A DNA stretch of 63,892 bases, counting the filler, from Octopus bimaculoides (taxonomy: Eukaryota): the NCBI RefSeq assembly GCF_001194135.2. It is 6 parts of 5 records of this genome, joined end to end, with 100 filler letters (N's around TTAATTAATTAA, not from the genome) between each part and the next. Parts side by side here need not be neighbours in the genome. Positions count along the whole stretch, not along the records: positions 1 to 9,992 come from NC_068983.1; positions 10,093 to 23,135 come from NC_068990.1; 4 more parts are not named here. One strand, written 5' to 3'. The number at the start of each line of letters is the position of its first letter. The stretch's first letter is position 1. The notes below the pieces were generated by a model. The model made no database searches. It saw only the letters and a list, made by a program, of their open reading frames with translations, and had not been told where the DNA came from. The position numbers and the translations under genes were made by a program. This document shows, piece after piece, positions 1-14,197 of this stretch.

Positions 1-201
1 GCGAGGTGTGCGGACAATGAGGTTGGTGGCGGTAGCGGGGAGAGCAGAGGAGGAGATGAGGTCATGGATTGTGGAGGACACAAGCCGTTGGTAGGAGGGG
101 GTGGGGTCGGAGGGGAGGAGGCGGTAGAAGAGGGGATTGTGAAACTGGCTGAGCGCTTCCCTCCTGTAAAGGTCCGCGCGCCACACCACCACTGCTCCAC
201 C
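1..201 (-). mobile_element. Penelope-like element reverse transcriptase N-terminal fragment (runs off window edge)
   Basis: Minus-strand frame 201->1 is open for 67 codons: GGAVVVWRADLYRREALSQFHNPLFYRLLPSDPTPSYQRLVSSTIHDLISSSALPATATNLIVRTPR. This matches the PLE (ADK)GGAVVVW...Y..EA..QL....FY..L..DPT...I...I..LI region preceding the RT core. It is GC-rich against an AT-rich background. Confidence 0.8.
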
Positions 202-228
202 TATATAAATGTATAAAGTATTATGAGC

Positions 229-738
229 ATTTATAGAACACATGTCCTATAGAAACTCAACAAACAATTAAAGATAGAGAAGAAAATCTGGTATAAGTTT
301 TAAAATATTTAATCCATGCGTACGATTGTTTGAACGGTAGTATTAACATGTAAATAACCTGGTAAAATATTAATTTAATTATAATTACAATTAAATGATT
401 TACAGATTAGTGTTCTCCTCAGTGCGAAAAAAGAATACATCAAAAAGAACACAGAAGAATGTTATACTGTTACAGAAGACTAGATGGAGTGAGTGTCACA
501 TAGCATATTCGGATATACATAATATCATTATGAAAGTTTATAGTTAGAGTTCAGTAGTATTTAATCAATTGAATTATAATTATGATTACATAAAATTTTT
601 ATTATGTTATTTACATGTTAGTATTACCGTTGGAATCGATCGTATGCATGGACCAAATTTTGTAAAAAATTGTTTATACCTTCTCTTCTCCATGTTTAAT
701 TGTTTGTTGAGTTTCTATAGGATACGTGTTCTATAAAT
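229..738. repeat. Long imperfect inverted repeat (about 170-bp arms, about 165-bp spacer)
   Basis: 229-273 atttatagaacacatgtcctatagaaactcaacaaacaattaaa is the near-exact reverse complement of the right end ending at 738. Homology continues inward (tccatgcgtacg..aacggtagtattaacatgtaaataac versus gttatttacatgttagtattaccgtt..cgtatgcatgga). Confidence 0.85.
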
Positions 739-1779
739 ACACAGCTGCCAATGTAATATGACGAATCTTTGTTAGAAATCGACCATTGGAACTTCCTAAA
801 TAAAGGATGAAATAGAACTGAACCTTTTCCCTCGTGTATATACATATATATGTATATATAAATTCAATAATAGGACGAATTCTTTTACAAGAATTTATCA
901 AGTAGCTAGCGTGAAAAAACCTCATAAGGGAAAAAATCCATCATTTAGTCTGTTTTTGAGGAGTTGGTTTTGAGAGTTGCATTTTGCTCGCGTTCGGTAA
1001 AAATGTGCTTTTTATGGTAGCTTGACCTTAGAGTCCCTCATAGCGTCAGGCATTATTGTATAGTAATGCCCTTATATAAATTTAAATATATATATTTATA
1101 TATGCATACATATAGATATGTGTGTGTGAGTCTGTGTGAGTATATGTGTATGTGTGTATGTGTGTGTGTATGTGTGTACGTGCTTTGGCCTGTAAAATAT
1201 AGTAACCATATATCATGCAAATCCCACATTATCACCTTTGGAAAATAGGCACTTGGATGGTGTAGCTGTGGAGGAATGATATCACAAAATGGTATGAATT
1301 GACAATAAAAAATTTAAAAAAAGCTTTTGCTGTTTCCATTCGAGATGATTAGCGTCAGAGAATATCATTCGTGTTTCTAATTGATTCAGTATTAAAAACT
1401 ATTTCTCTGCCAATCTTTGAGAATTAAAATTTTCAAAAAAATAAAAAATCAGAACAACTCAAGCAATCGCAAATATTATAGTGCCCATTATAAATATTAT
1501 ATCATGTTATATATTTCCTAGTATTCAACAATGACAATTATGAAATTCTGAAATTTCTATATTGATATTCCAAAAGTTGTCAAAGAAAATTGAATAAAAT
1601 TGCTCTGTTTCCAAGCAATAAGTTAAAGCGTATAAAATTTATGATAGGGCATGAATGTCACAAATTCCCATTGACACTCCTTATCTACAAATATGCAGCA
1701 TTATAAGAGATAATTAACTATTTCTATAAAGAAAACCTTCATGGATTACTCTAAAACGTCTCTCTGAGTAAACCATCTT

Positions 1780-2400
1780 TTCAACTCTTGATCGTAGTAT
1801 TTACCATTGAACTCCTACATTTAAAGATGACAATATGATACAGTCACACATTCCCAATATTGCATCCCCAAGCAGTTTTTCTTTTTCTTTCACACTAAAA
1901 AATATCATACAATTCCATAACAAACACTTGTAAACGGAGTTGACAGAAATTTAGCTGTGCACAATTATATTTAACACGTTCTCGTACACTCAAGGAGACA
2001 AATTCCGAACCTAGGATATTTAGAAGTGTGAGAGTACACGAATGTACTTAGGCTATCTGCACACATCCGTATTTGAATCAATGCTGCTTAAGGCTCTTCT
2101 AGTTAATTAATTCCCTCTTGGCAAATCTCTATGTACATCAGCATATTTACAGTTCGCTGCTTAAATAGAGGAAAGATAATTCTTAGTATAATACCAACAA
2201 TTGATTGTGAATCTATGCAGATGGGGCATAAAGATGCAGAAACACGTATCCTATGTCGGGATTTATAGCTCAGTTGTCTGTTGCCTTCTACATTAGTTAG
2301 AAGAAGAATTTCTCCCGACATACACCCACATTTGGGTGTGTACAAACTTGCTAAATAGTACGAAACTATACTTAAGTTTGTTCTCGATGTGATTTTAGCA
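1780..2400 (-). pseudogene. Possible very old PLE RT relic
   Basis: Minus strand gives, in plausible order and spacing, LYTPK, IVGIILRIIFPLFKQ, SVNSVYK and EFNGKYYDQ. These resemble PLE RT motifs (FY.LPK, ...PLV, DV.SLYT, F.FNG.YY.Q), with many stops and frameshifts. Confidence 0.3.
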
Positions 2401-5400
2401 GATGTGAAAATTAGTACAGTGTTTATCGGGGTCAATAGATTAAGGGAACACTAAAAGACTCGTTTCGATGTAATGTTTTTAAAATGAAGGGAATTATGAA
2501 AGAAACAAATAATTGGTCTAGCAATGATTTTTTGTAGAAATATAATCTCGAGCGTGTCTTCTGTAAATGTAGATTCTAAGCTAAAACATTTCGTTAAAAT
2601 ATCAAAACAATAAGAAGTGAAAGACTGTCATAATCTTGATACTCGTCATCGTCATCTTCAGTCAAAAAGTGACAATTACAACAGTCATTTGCACTGAGAT
2701 ATCAACTTCGTTTCATCTTATTCTATTTGTCTGCTTCGTCACATGTTATAGAAACGGATATTCAAAAAGGTGGGTTTCGATTAAATTACAACAGTTAGCA
2801 AAACCAAGCTTTTCTCAAAGACTTGTATCACATTGTATATAGTGACACTATTCTGAACTTAGACAGGGCCATATTAGATTATTATCCAGGGATTAAATAC
2901 GTTTTGAACCTATGAAAGTAAAGTAGGATTTCATTTTAACGTAGAGACATTACCATTTGCTGAAACGTAATGAACAGTGCTCGATTACATTGAATGAACT
3001 GACCAAAACGGAATTTCAGTCGATCAGTAATGTTTCAAGGGGACGACCTATTGGAAATCATTCTTGGTGTTTCTGTTTATTTCTTGCACAACAATGGATT
3101 ATGAGTTAGTTTGTACTTGCTTAAGTAGCGAAGAAAATATTTTGAAGTTCAGTTTCAATTTTAAATTTTATACATGGCATAGATAATTCAGAACGGAGGC
3201 TCACTATCAAAGACGAGAAAATGTAATCATGTACAATTATACAGAGTGACTATGAAATCCAAGAAAGTACTGTAATTTACTATGGACAGATAGATATAAG
3301 ATCTTGCGAAGGTTCCATAAGCGATAGGTATGATAAGGAACGAATATTCACTATGATTTCGCTCAGTTTTGATATGAATTAAATAATATTACATTCTTGA
3401 GTAGGACGATATTGAACCTTTCATTTCCAACAAGCACTGATTTTGTGGGGAGATTTTCGACATTTTCCACAGTATTAAGTCTTTTCTAAAGCTGGGGAAT
3501 GTGTGTTGACAAAGAATTAACTGTTATATGCTACAAGTTGAAGATCTGTATGAATGGTACAGCTTTTTAGTCCCGGAGCAAACCTGAGATTAGATACTTA
3601 TGATCAAATGTATTTCAGCCATAGCTATCTAGGTTACAGGGACTATTTAGGATTTCATTATCACCATAGTTTTGAATGGAATGAATCTTTGCTACGATTT
3701 CTACAAGAGTAAACGACCACATAGAGACATCTTTGTATAACATGTTAGTGCTTCGTAAACATGATTTAACTATGAAGAGAGGCGTCGTTTCTCTTGAGGA
3801 TATTACTATGTAGATATTATTTGGTTGCTCTGAAAGTTTGGCGATACATTGAACTATCCATCATTGGTTGAGTAGAAAGGCAGATAATGTTGGTATTGTG
3901 TTTATTGTGTTATGTAATATATCTGGTTTTGTTCCGTTGCAGGGATCCAATAAGAGAAAACCCTTTGAAAGATATATTGCTCGCATCTATTCATAGAAGA
4001 TGAGTAGATCTCGTTGAAAGTTTCAGATTGCTTCCGGGTAGTATCTTTTATCCTGAAATTGATTCAGTAGAATAAAATGTGCGAGCTTATCACAGTTTAT
4101 ATAAATGTATATGAACACACACACACCCACACCCACNNNNNNNNNNNNNNNNNNNNNNNNNNNNNNNNNNNNNNNNNNNNNNNNNNNNNNNNNNNNNNNN
4201 NNNNNNNNNNNNNNNNNNNNNNNNNNNNATATATATATGCACACACAAATATGCATAGATACTTAGAATATGTACATACGTGCATATAGATATGCATACA
4301 TATACATACATATATACATATACTATAGGGAGGGGAAAACTATTAGGAAATGAACGAAATATTCTTAGGTTGACATAATATGAATTTAAGAAGCCATAAA
4401 TTTTACAAATGCAGAAACGTATTAAAATTACTATTTTATGATCCTTCTGCAGAAGTTACCATTTAGACCATGATAATACTTTATTCGTCAGATTATGAGC
4501 AATGTCAGTCCAACCTTAAAAATGTTGTCTGTTTTTCAGGAACACAATCTATATTTCTTGTAACGGCGTAACGGTGATAATCAAGAAATGAAGTAGATGT
4601 ATATCCATGAATTAGATATACTAGAATACAAAATTATCCTTTAAATAAACATTCTGATACGGATCCAACCCTACAAAATTGGAGGGAAACTTTTTAGTTA
4701 TTTATATATTAAACCTTTTTTCGGAATCAAGTGCAATAGATATCAACTTCTCTCAGTAACTTTTAAGTGGAAGTGTTCCTACTTCTGTTACCTCTCTAAG
4801 CCAATATTGTGACATTAGACTGATTTATTTATTATGTGCTCCTGTTTCTTCCATTTTTGCATTATTACGTATTTCAATATGTTCAGTGTTTATTTATATA
4901 ACTGCTACGTATATTTTTAATAATTAATAATATGCGAAAATAGAGAATGAATATTACTGTTCAACATGAAAAAATATTCGCACAAAGTGCATTAATATAA
5001 GTTGGTGTAACATCTGTTTAGTGTTGGTTAGGCAATACGCATTTGATAGTTGCTTCTACCTCTTACTTAAAATATATTGTATTCCAAGAATAGAAAGGAA
5101 TAACATCGCTAAATATAAATATATTCACATTGGTGAATGTTCAGTTTAAGATATTTTTTCAACGTTGCATGTATGAAAACTATATGTCATTCCAAACTAA
5201 ATGTATATTAAATAAATACATCTCTGTACTTATTAATATTTTACAATGTATGTATGTATGTATGTATGTATGAATGTATGTAGGTAGGTAGGTAGGTAGG
5301 TATGTATGTACATACATATCGATATATATATATATATGTGTGTGTATGTGTGCACATATATATATATATATATATATATANNNNNNNNNNNNNNNNNNNN

Positions 5401-7321
5401 NNNNNNNNNNNNNNNNNNNNNNNNNNNNNNNNNNNNNNNNNNNNNNNNNNNNNNNNNNNNNNNNNNNNNNNNNNNNNNNNNNNNNNNNNNNNNNNNNNNN
5501 NNNNNNNNNNNNNNNNNNNNNNNNNNNNNNNNNNNNNNNNNNNNNNNNNNNNNNNNNNNNNNNNNNNNNNNNNNNNNNNNNNNNNNNNNNNNNNNNNNNN
5601 NNNNNNNNNNNNNNNNNNNNNNNNNNNNNNNNNNNNNNNNNNNNNNNNNNNNNNNNNNNNNNNNTATATATATATATATATGCATATATATATGTGTATT
5701 TATGTATATATATTTGTATATACGTACATCTGCCTGTGTCTGTCGTTGCGTCTGTGTGCATTTATATGTATATATGTATGCGTGCGACTATCTATGTATG
5801 TACGTATAAATACATATTTGGTATAAATATAGTCACAATAAAGATGAAACCCTGCTACATCCAGAGAATATCTATTTGTCCTCGATATATTCCTGAACCC
5901 CCAGTTAGGATTATTTCGTTGGGGGCATCCGATATTACCGCAAATGAAGACATCATTTATAATAACATGAAAAGGTTAGTCCCGAACCAGAAAATTAATG
6001 AAACATAAATATATATTTTGAACAGTGTGGAAAAAGACTTGTAAATGTGATACTTTAAATATCAGTAGTCTCTCTGGTCGGAGGATGACAATAATAGCAC
6101 AAAGCTCGCAATCCTCATTTGGGAGCAAAAAGGTCAGCCATATTTTGCACACATTTATTTGGAACATCGCAGAAAGATTAAGATCACACATCATCAACTG
6201 AAATGTAAACATTCTAGAACTGAATGAGCACATTTTCTTATTAGAGAGCATATTCTTATAGAAGCGCGCATTGTTAGATCGAGTGATTGTGCCGACAATC
6301 TAAACTCAAGAACAGAGATATTTACAAGATGTACACATCTCCACATAATTTTGTGCTCGAAATGGAGCACTTGGTAAGACACACTAAAACATACATTATC
6401 CTTTCCCTCTTCTAGTTGTACGTCTAATTATAGATATTAACACGCAAAGACGCACACGCACAGGCATGTTCACGCACACACACACATTCAGTCATACAGA
6501 TATTGATTAGTTGCACAAATAATATATTTTTAGTGTTCCTTAATTGCCCAATGTCCTTAATTTGGAAATAAGTATCGATTGATATACTGATATACATGCA
6601 GAGTTAGCAAAACAGAATTCTTGATTCTTATCGAGTACTAGAGCTGAAATAGAGGTTACAGATATGAACATCATGTTTATTTTGGTTACTGGATCAGAAT
6701 TGACATTTAAATATTTGCATAAAAATTATAACTACATGGAACTAATTCATATAATCTACGATTTGTGTAGAACACAAGAAATATATAATGCAATATGCAA
6801 CTGAAAACGTTTTCTGACTATTTGAAATGATCATAAATATGAACATCTGAATGTGGTAGAATATTGCAGGTTTTGTGGATGCTTTTGCTTTTCTTAAATT
6901 TTTAATTTCAAATTTTCATAGTAGGTAACATGGAGGCAAAATAAGCAATATAGTGTATTACTCTGCATAGGTTTCAGCGACAACTCCGGTTAGTTTTACT
7001 TTCAGTTTCATATCTTCTTAGTATTATTATTGCTTGCACATGATGAGTATTTTAAATAAGCAACTCCGTGTTAAAATAATTACACATACTCATACAATGC
7101 GCTTTATTTTATACATTTAGATACGAACTATGAGAAAAAGGAAAAAAAATCCAAAGACGAAAATGGAAACATATCTCGCAGACCATGCCTTCATTTCTTC
7201 AATAAGAAGAGCCTCATTGAGACATCTAATTGCATCATATTAGAAAAAAAGAATATGACCCCAGCTGGAAGATCGAATTGATCAGTATTGAGCCGGTTAC
7301 TGAAAATAACAAACTGAACAG

Positions 7322-7330
7322 CAACTACTG

Positions 7331-7400
<70 letters not shown>

Positions 7401-7417
7401 AACTACTACTACTACTA
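7322..7417. repeat. (TAC)n microsatellite
   Basis: Direct read; explains the poly-Tyr ORF. Confidence 0.95.
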
Positions 7418-10036
7418 TTGGAGTAACAACCGCACCATCAATTATATTGATACCTTAGTTAATCGTAAAATTTAACTTTCGGTTGATCCCATTTATTTAT
7501 AGCTGTTAAATCAATAACTTTCAATTTTCCAGTGAAGACTCCGCGGTAGACATTGTTTGTCGTATATTATCTTCATATTATTTCTAAATTTGTTCCGTTC
7601 AAATTTTTCCCTTTTGATTGGCGAATATAATGTGTAACTTCTCTGCACTGATAAACTTGGATTGTTTTAGCCAAATTATGAGGGACAGGCTGCATTCTAT
7701 GAGTTACCAGTCAATATCAAATGGTCAAAATATTGATTTTGTCTGCAAAGATATGTGCGTGGATTAGTGCTTACTGTAATAATTTCATAATCATAACTTC
7801 CTTGTTTTGACTCCTATATCTCGTGGTGCATTACATTGTTGTGCAAGACATTTCAATTTTTGTTGCTTCGATTTATTCAGCAGCAAATGTGTAGCTGCCA
7901 AATGTGGATATAACTATTTCTCCCTCTCGGTGTTACACCCTCAATGTTTGTTTAGGTCAATGGGAAGTGAACTGAGAATGTATCTCAGTTTAGTTGCACT
8001 TCATAGATACCTCAAACAATTGTTGACAAACTGTAAAAGTCATCAGGTAATACACGTGACATCTAAGCGTGTAGTTTTTCCCATTTAGTTCCTCGTGATT
8101 TTGTCTGGCCTAATAGCGAATATGCTTGAAGGAGCATGTCAAAGTACCGTCCACGAAAGTCGAAGGTAATTATATTGATTAAATCTTGAGTAAATTGAAT
8201 AAATTGATTAATGATGAAATAAACTGATATAGACACACTGCTACATTTATTCATTCCGCTGTCTTTGGAAAGAATTGTCAAATGTAAATTTTGAGTATGA
8301 CTATAAGAAACAATAACCACAGTATATTGCATGTTGTTGAAGCCAGCTTCTCAATGGTTACCAGATCATTATAGGAAAGCAATGAAAGTTGCAGAGTGAG
8401 AGATGATTATTAAGATGCTGAATACTTCAGTCAATGTAAATAATATGGTAATTAAGTCACATGGTTAATAAGACAGTCAAGAAATTATATAAACTACTGT
8501 TATACAAATATCACTGACAGTTGCTTATGGCAGATATAAATACGGCAGTTTGATTGTAACATTTTCCGAATGAGGTGAATATAAATGAGCAATATTCATT
8601 GCAAGACACAATTAATATGGATAAGAGGAATTTCTAGTTTGCACAGAGTGTGAAACTATAGAGGTTAAGTTTGCACAAGAGTACATCTCTAACAGGAAAT
8701 AATTTAAGTGTTTATTTGGTGATCCGACATGTCTTTTGACATATTTGCTCGCCACTCTCTCTCTACATGGGTGGTAAAAAAATATATCCAAATATAATAT
8801 TTTATTTTAGGGCGAACTTTAATGCAATGTATTCCAAATAAATACTCACTACCTATATCAGGCAGGGGTGAACCCTAACCCTATCCCTATTGAAGAAGAA
8901 ATATTGTAAAGTTATATAATTACTGACAACATTAACAAAATATATATCAATAAGCAGTTTCTCTTCTCGTTGTTATCGTTATAGCTTTATCCGCTGTAGT
9001 TTATAATGCTTGTTGATGTACATAAATAATCTAAAATTCATCATGCAAAAATAAGATATACAAAAAGGACAAATTTTAGCTGATCGCATTGAAATAAGGA
9101 AATGGTGTTACACAATATGAGGCACAATACTATCTACCTGTGTCTAAAATGTCGGCATCTCAACAACATGATTTCATTGAAATTTAAAAGCCGCTAATCA
9201 AAAAAATAAATAAATACATAAATGAATGAAAATATAAAAAACAAATCTATCAACATCAACAAAGATAAAACTCAAATCTTACTTCAATATCTTTGCATCA
9301 AAGATAATTGAAACTATGCGCACAGAGAGAATAAGAGACCGTTTATTCATGTTAGAAACTGATGCAACTAAACCAACCTATGATAGGGTATATTCCGCAC
9401 CGTTTATTCTGCAAGACATAAGGCACAAATTTCTGTCAAGAATAAATACTCTCTTGCAAAGAGCAGGCATCTCTTGAGACAAAGCCATAGATTAATAATG
9501 TCGAAGGAAAGGATGTCCGCAAGTGGAGTACCCTTCAGAAGTCTGTTCCATTGAGAAAAAAAAACTGGATAAACGAAATAAGATTTCTGCGAGAAATAGT
9601 CCACAAGACATATGCTTGTAATAAATAAATGTCTGTCTGAATTTATTTTAGCCTTTCTTTCATCACAAATTTATTGCTGATCCATTGCAAGTAGAAGCAA
9701 ACAAGAAATCTCAGAGAAACACACATACAAACACAGACACAGACACAGACACACACAGACACACACAGACACCCACACACACACACATACACACACACGC
9801 ACACACACAGCACACCAGACCGCACCACCCACCTACATACACACACATAACAATTTAGCTACTTCTAAATTGTAATTGTTCAATTTATTGTTTTGTTTTC
9901 CATTTCTAATACATACATACACACACACACACATATATATATATACATATATACATACATACACATATATGCATACATATATATATACATACNNNNNNNN
10001 NNNNNNNNNNNNNNNNNNNNNNNNNNNNNNNNNNNN

Positions 10037-10048
10037 TTAATTAATTAA
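10037..10048. other. Artificial gap spacer TTAATTAATTAA (also 23180-23191, 38025-38036, 46245-46256, 57837-57848)
   Basis: An identical 12-mer is centred in 44 N + 12 + 44 N = 100-bp blocks and places stops in all six frames; an assembly convention. Confidence 0.95.
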
Positions 10049-10853
10049 NNNNNNNNNNNNNNNNNNNNNNNNNNNNNNNNNNNNNNNNNNNNACACAAGC
10101 ACACACACACACACACACACACGCACTCACACACGGATAACAAGCGAAAACATAATCCAGAAAATATTTGATGAATCTCAATTAATGAGACGGAAGCGCT
10201 AATAAATATTTATCCAGAATTCTCTGCTTCCTTTTGCCTGATATATAAATGTATGTGTCTGTGCAATTGTGTATGCGAGTGTGTGTGTATGTGTGTGTGT
10301 GCTTGCACGTGTGTGCGTGTGCATGTTCGTGTGTGTGTCTGTTTTACAAAACTAAATGTCCAACATAATCAAACGTCTGTTAGAAATAAATCGTATAGCT
10401 CAAAATAGTAATTACTTTAGTGAAAACGTTTTCACGCATAAGATAAAGAACACGGAACTATCATTCGTATTTTTTTTTCCTCCGAATATTTGAAAAAATT
10501 AGTTTTATAAACTTCCCAAATTCATCCTTCACAAATATACAGTTATTCAAAAGAAATGGTATTTTACAAACTGATTGCGATGAATTAGATGAAAAATAAT
10601 ATGGTATTTTTGAGTAAGAGAATAGCTAATAATGAATTAGATTTCCATGAAATACAGAATTTAGTCTAATTAGTTGATAGAGGCTTCTCCAATTGTACCA
10701 TTACATCAACGTAATGCAACTCTATAGCGTTAATTACGGGAGTGATTCACTAACTCTAAACGGATTCCACTATAGTCATTCGGCCGCCAGAATTTGAATT
10801 ATAGTTGTATAATTATTATGAGTGGTACAGAAGTATATAGCGTTTGGGCAGGT

Positions 10854-10907
<54 letters not shown>

Positions 10908-11024
10908 CACATACATGCATATTCACATACACACACATATAAACATANNNNNNNNNNNNNNNNNNNNNNNNNNNNNNNNNNNNNNNNNNNNNNNNNNNNN
11001 NNNNNNNNNNNNNNNNNNNNNNNN

Positions 11025-11071
<47 letters not shown>

Positions 11072-12365
11072 CATACATGTACATATGTACATGTGCATAT
11101 CTTTATACACACGCTTATGTTTATGTGTGTACATATATGCTGAGTCTATGTGTGTATATTCGCGTGTTTTTATGTGTGTGAATATCTGTCTTAAACTATA
11201 TAATGTAAATATATTCATTCATCCTTAATGGTGTGCTATTAGAATTTTAAAATTTGGCTGCATTTAGTAATCGTAACTCTCGTTCCGCTGATTTTGCGAT
11301 ACACCTTTTCGAAAAGATGGCCCCTATCTTCCATACGTACCCATAATACTGTACCGCATTTTCTTTCATATCATCTCCAAATTGTGATAACTTCCTTACG
11401 GAGAAATTATATGTCATTACAGGTATTGAATTTAAAGTTCTAACATTTGGCATTCATTTAGGATTAAATAGGAGCCAAATATGTGTAATATTTCAAAATC
11501 TACAGACAAAACTATAAAGAACAATAATAAAATAATACACATGATATTTGATAAGGTTTTTATTATACGTTTGTTGATCCCGATTATTTTGCATCTTTTT
11601 TCATGGCATGCTTTCTGATAATTTTATATTTGCAACATCATATTATATAATTGGTAACTTGATAGTTTCCTTTTATATATGATGCTAACTAGAGTGCAAC
11701 AGAGTTGGTTTGTGTGTGTGTGTTCTTTATGGATTCGAAAACTGAGTTGCTGATTACGACGTATGAGGTATCAAACGATTCAGTAATCTTTCGGCTACCA
11801 AATAAATTATGTCTTTTGCACATCTCTTTTTGACTACAAAACTAACCTCGAAACCGAGGTCAGATTACACAATTTTGAGGTCTTTAGCTAATGTAGGCAA
11901 CTGTGTGCGGGTGTCTTTTGTTGTGGTGAAAATATGTTTTCTCAGATTATTTTGCACAAACAATTTTTTAAAAAAACCTGGACAACTTTCTTACTGTGAG
12001 CCATTCAACTTCAAGTTACAATTGTTAATTATTCGAAGTCAAGTAGACTGCGATGTACATATAGTGTTATCATATAGAGTGAAAGTTCAATACGATGTTT
12101 TGAAATCATTATCATGTGGTTAATAATCTGTTACCTTAGATTTGAAGCTATTAAATCTTTATACATTATTTTACTGGGTTTACTCTTTCGACTATTTCCA
12201 ATATGGGGTATCACCTTCAAAAGTTTAATTGATCATACTGAACTCAGTACATATTTCAATCTGGCATTATCTTATAGATCTCTGCTTGATAAACTGCTAA
12301 CCATGAGACATAGTGGGACAAACTACTTGATTTAACAACAAATGTAAACCCACAAACATATTGAG

Positions 12366-12512
12366 TGCAAGAATGACTGTGGTTGAGCTGTTTGCTTCCC
12401 AACCACATGGTTCCACGTTCAGTCCCTCTGCGTGGTACATTGGGCAAGTGTTTTCTATTATAGCCATAGGCCAACCACAGACTTCTGACTGAATTTGGTT
12501 GACGTAAACTGC
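12366..12512 (+). mobile_element. tRNA-derived SINE, family B (degenerate)
   Basis: tgtggttgag..tttgcttcccaaccacatggttccacgttcagtccctctgcgtggtacattgggcaagtg is homologous to the copies at 38111, 38298 and 41636; B-box-like ggttc..gttcagtcc. Confidence 0.8.
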
Positions 12513-13929
12513 AGCGTTGTTCATCAGAAAATGAACGAAAAACATGTTTAGAAAGAAGAGTTGTTTGCTTCATACTCCTCCTGTGTCAATTCCGATAAGA
12601 AAGGAACAAATAATATAATGTGGCTGCATTGCTAGTGTTAATACATTAAAATGCCTCTACCAGATAATCATTGACGAGATATTCCTCAAGCTATACACTT
12701 AAACGTGCCGGGTGAATATAAATTCGTCATTCATTTTATAACACTTTCCTCTAGCTGTAGTACGAGACTATTTTGAAATCCATTCGTGCATGTTCTACTA
12801 ATTTTGTTTTAACTTTACGGTGCTTTAGATACTCCATCAGAACAACTAATAATATTCATAAAGAGAAATCGAGAGAAAACTGCATAAAAATTAACAAAAC
12901 GAAACAATGTGAATTTGAAACGTAGTATTTTTTTCTTTTTTTTATATATTTAAAACAAGAGCTAGTTCGTGTTACGAACAATAATTAGGTCACCATTGAA
13001 TTTCGATTTGGTTGATAGATTAATGTTTCTTTTCCCCAAGCGATTCTCAAATCTAGAAAATACGTTATTTATATGAACATGAAATCCGAAAACAAAAGAA
13101 TAAAATGTCATTAAAAATGTCTTTATATAGCAAATTAGTAACCTGCATGGAATAATTATAATAAAATTGAAGACGTGAATATTGAAACATTATGCTAGTT
13201 CAACATTAGATAATTTCTATCTGTGTTAATCGACAAACTTAGATATAAAGCTTTATCAGTAATTTAGTCTTTAAAAAATCAGTCGTTAAAGGTTTATTTT
13301 GGTGTGGGAATAAAATATGGATATGAAAGTATAAAACTGAGTAGAAAAAATAGGCAGAACATTAAGAGGGAATGGAGAATATTGCCTTGTCTTTAGCAAT
13401 TCACTGATGTACTCGTCTTTTGATTTCTTCTCTCTATTTTTCCTTTAAAAATGTGTTCATCGCCTTAAAATGTGATTACATATTTTACATCGTTTACATA
13501 TATGGCGATGTAGTGCCAAATAAGGAAATAGATCACTTAGGTCTCTTGCTTCTCTTCCATTTCAATAAAAAATACCATTTGCCAAACCTAAATGAAACAA
13601 TTAAAAAGAAACAAGACGTTTTCTCGCTTCACTGATTTCTCGATTTCAAATGCCTTCAATGAATGGGCTCAACTAAGAAGATTTGTAAGATTTCAATTCA
13701 TTAGCAAATTGACTCTGCCAATAGAATGGTTTCTTGATACTTAGGCTAGTCACCTTTAATTGACGCTTAACGTTCAAAAAGTCGGTGTGTGCGTTGCTCA
13801 TCATCTCAATGAAAAAGCCATCAGTTAGCTCCTCCTGCACTAGGCTACGGATGTACACCGCTAGACAGGCTTATTTAGCACGTCTTCAACAGCAAACGGC
13901 TCGCTTCTTCAACAAAACAAAGCTCGATC

Positions 13930-14147
13930 CTATGGCACTAGTTCGATAAAAGCTGGCCTTTTTCGACCACCTCCCGGATCCTCCTTATTCGTTTTCTCAG
14001 TTCCGAGCTTAAAAATTCAAATCTTCTTTTAAATAGCGTTGTTATTTTTCTTTCAATGAAGCTTCTAGCCCCCACTGCCAGATGGTAATACTCGACAGTC
14101 CATCCCTCTTCTCTGCACACTTCGATTAATTTTCCCATTTCTAACAA
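13930..14147 (-). mobile_element. RLE-type non-LTR retrotransposon C-terminal fragment (HERO/NeSL-like)
   Basis: LIEVCREEGWTVEYYHLAVGARSFIERK...IREVVEK(fs)ASF resembles the RLE tail E.CR..GW......EVG.RGF...AE.AS.W. Confidence 0.6.
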
Positions 14148-14197
14148 AACTGTCCGATGAACGGGAACGTGAAACTCTGAGTAACAGTCTTTTGTTA
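14142..14197 (+). ncRNA. Minimal type I hammerhead-like motif with CCGAUGA core
   Basis: taacaaaa-ctgt CCGATGA acg-ggaa-cgt GAAAC tctga GTA acag-tc-ttttgtta: stems I, II and III all pair and the cleavage triplet is GUA. It is followed by a tail (to about 14290) shared with 43085-43140. Confidence 0.7.

Noticed and set aside
2450-2475. Minus-strand GAAAC-GA-GTC hammerhead 3' half
   Set aside because: No CUGANGA core or stem I upstream.
3942-4040. Good acceptor ttgttccgttgcag with a possible exon
   Set aside because: The frames I read hit stops within about 20 codons and the donor is poor; a non-coding exon cannot be excluded.
5860-6380. Possible decayed coding sequence
   Set aside because: No motif I could assign to a family.
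10037-10048. Recurring TTAATTAATTAA motif inside N runs
   Set aside because: Fixed 44N-12-44N format five times; an assembly spacer, not biology.
11247-11453. ORF NVRTLNSIPVMTYNFSVRK resembling an R4 RT thumb region
   Set aside because: Similarity is limited to a few residues; needs a profile search.
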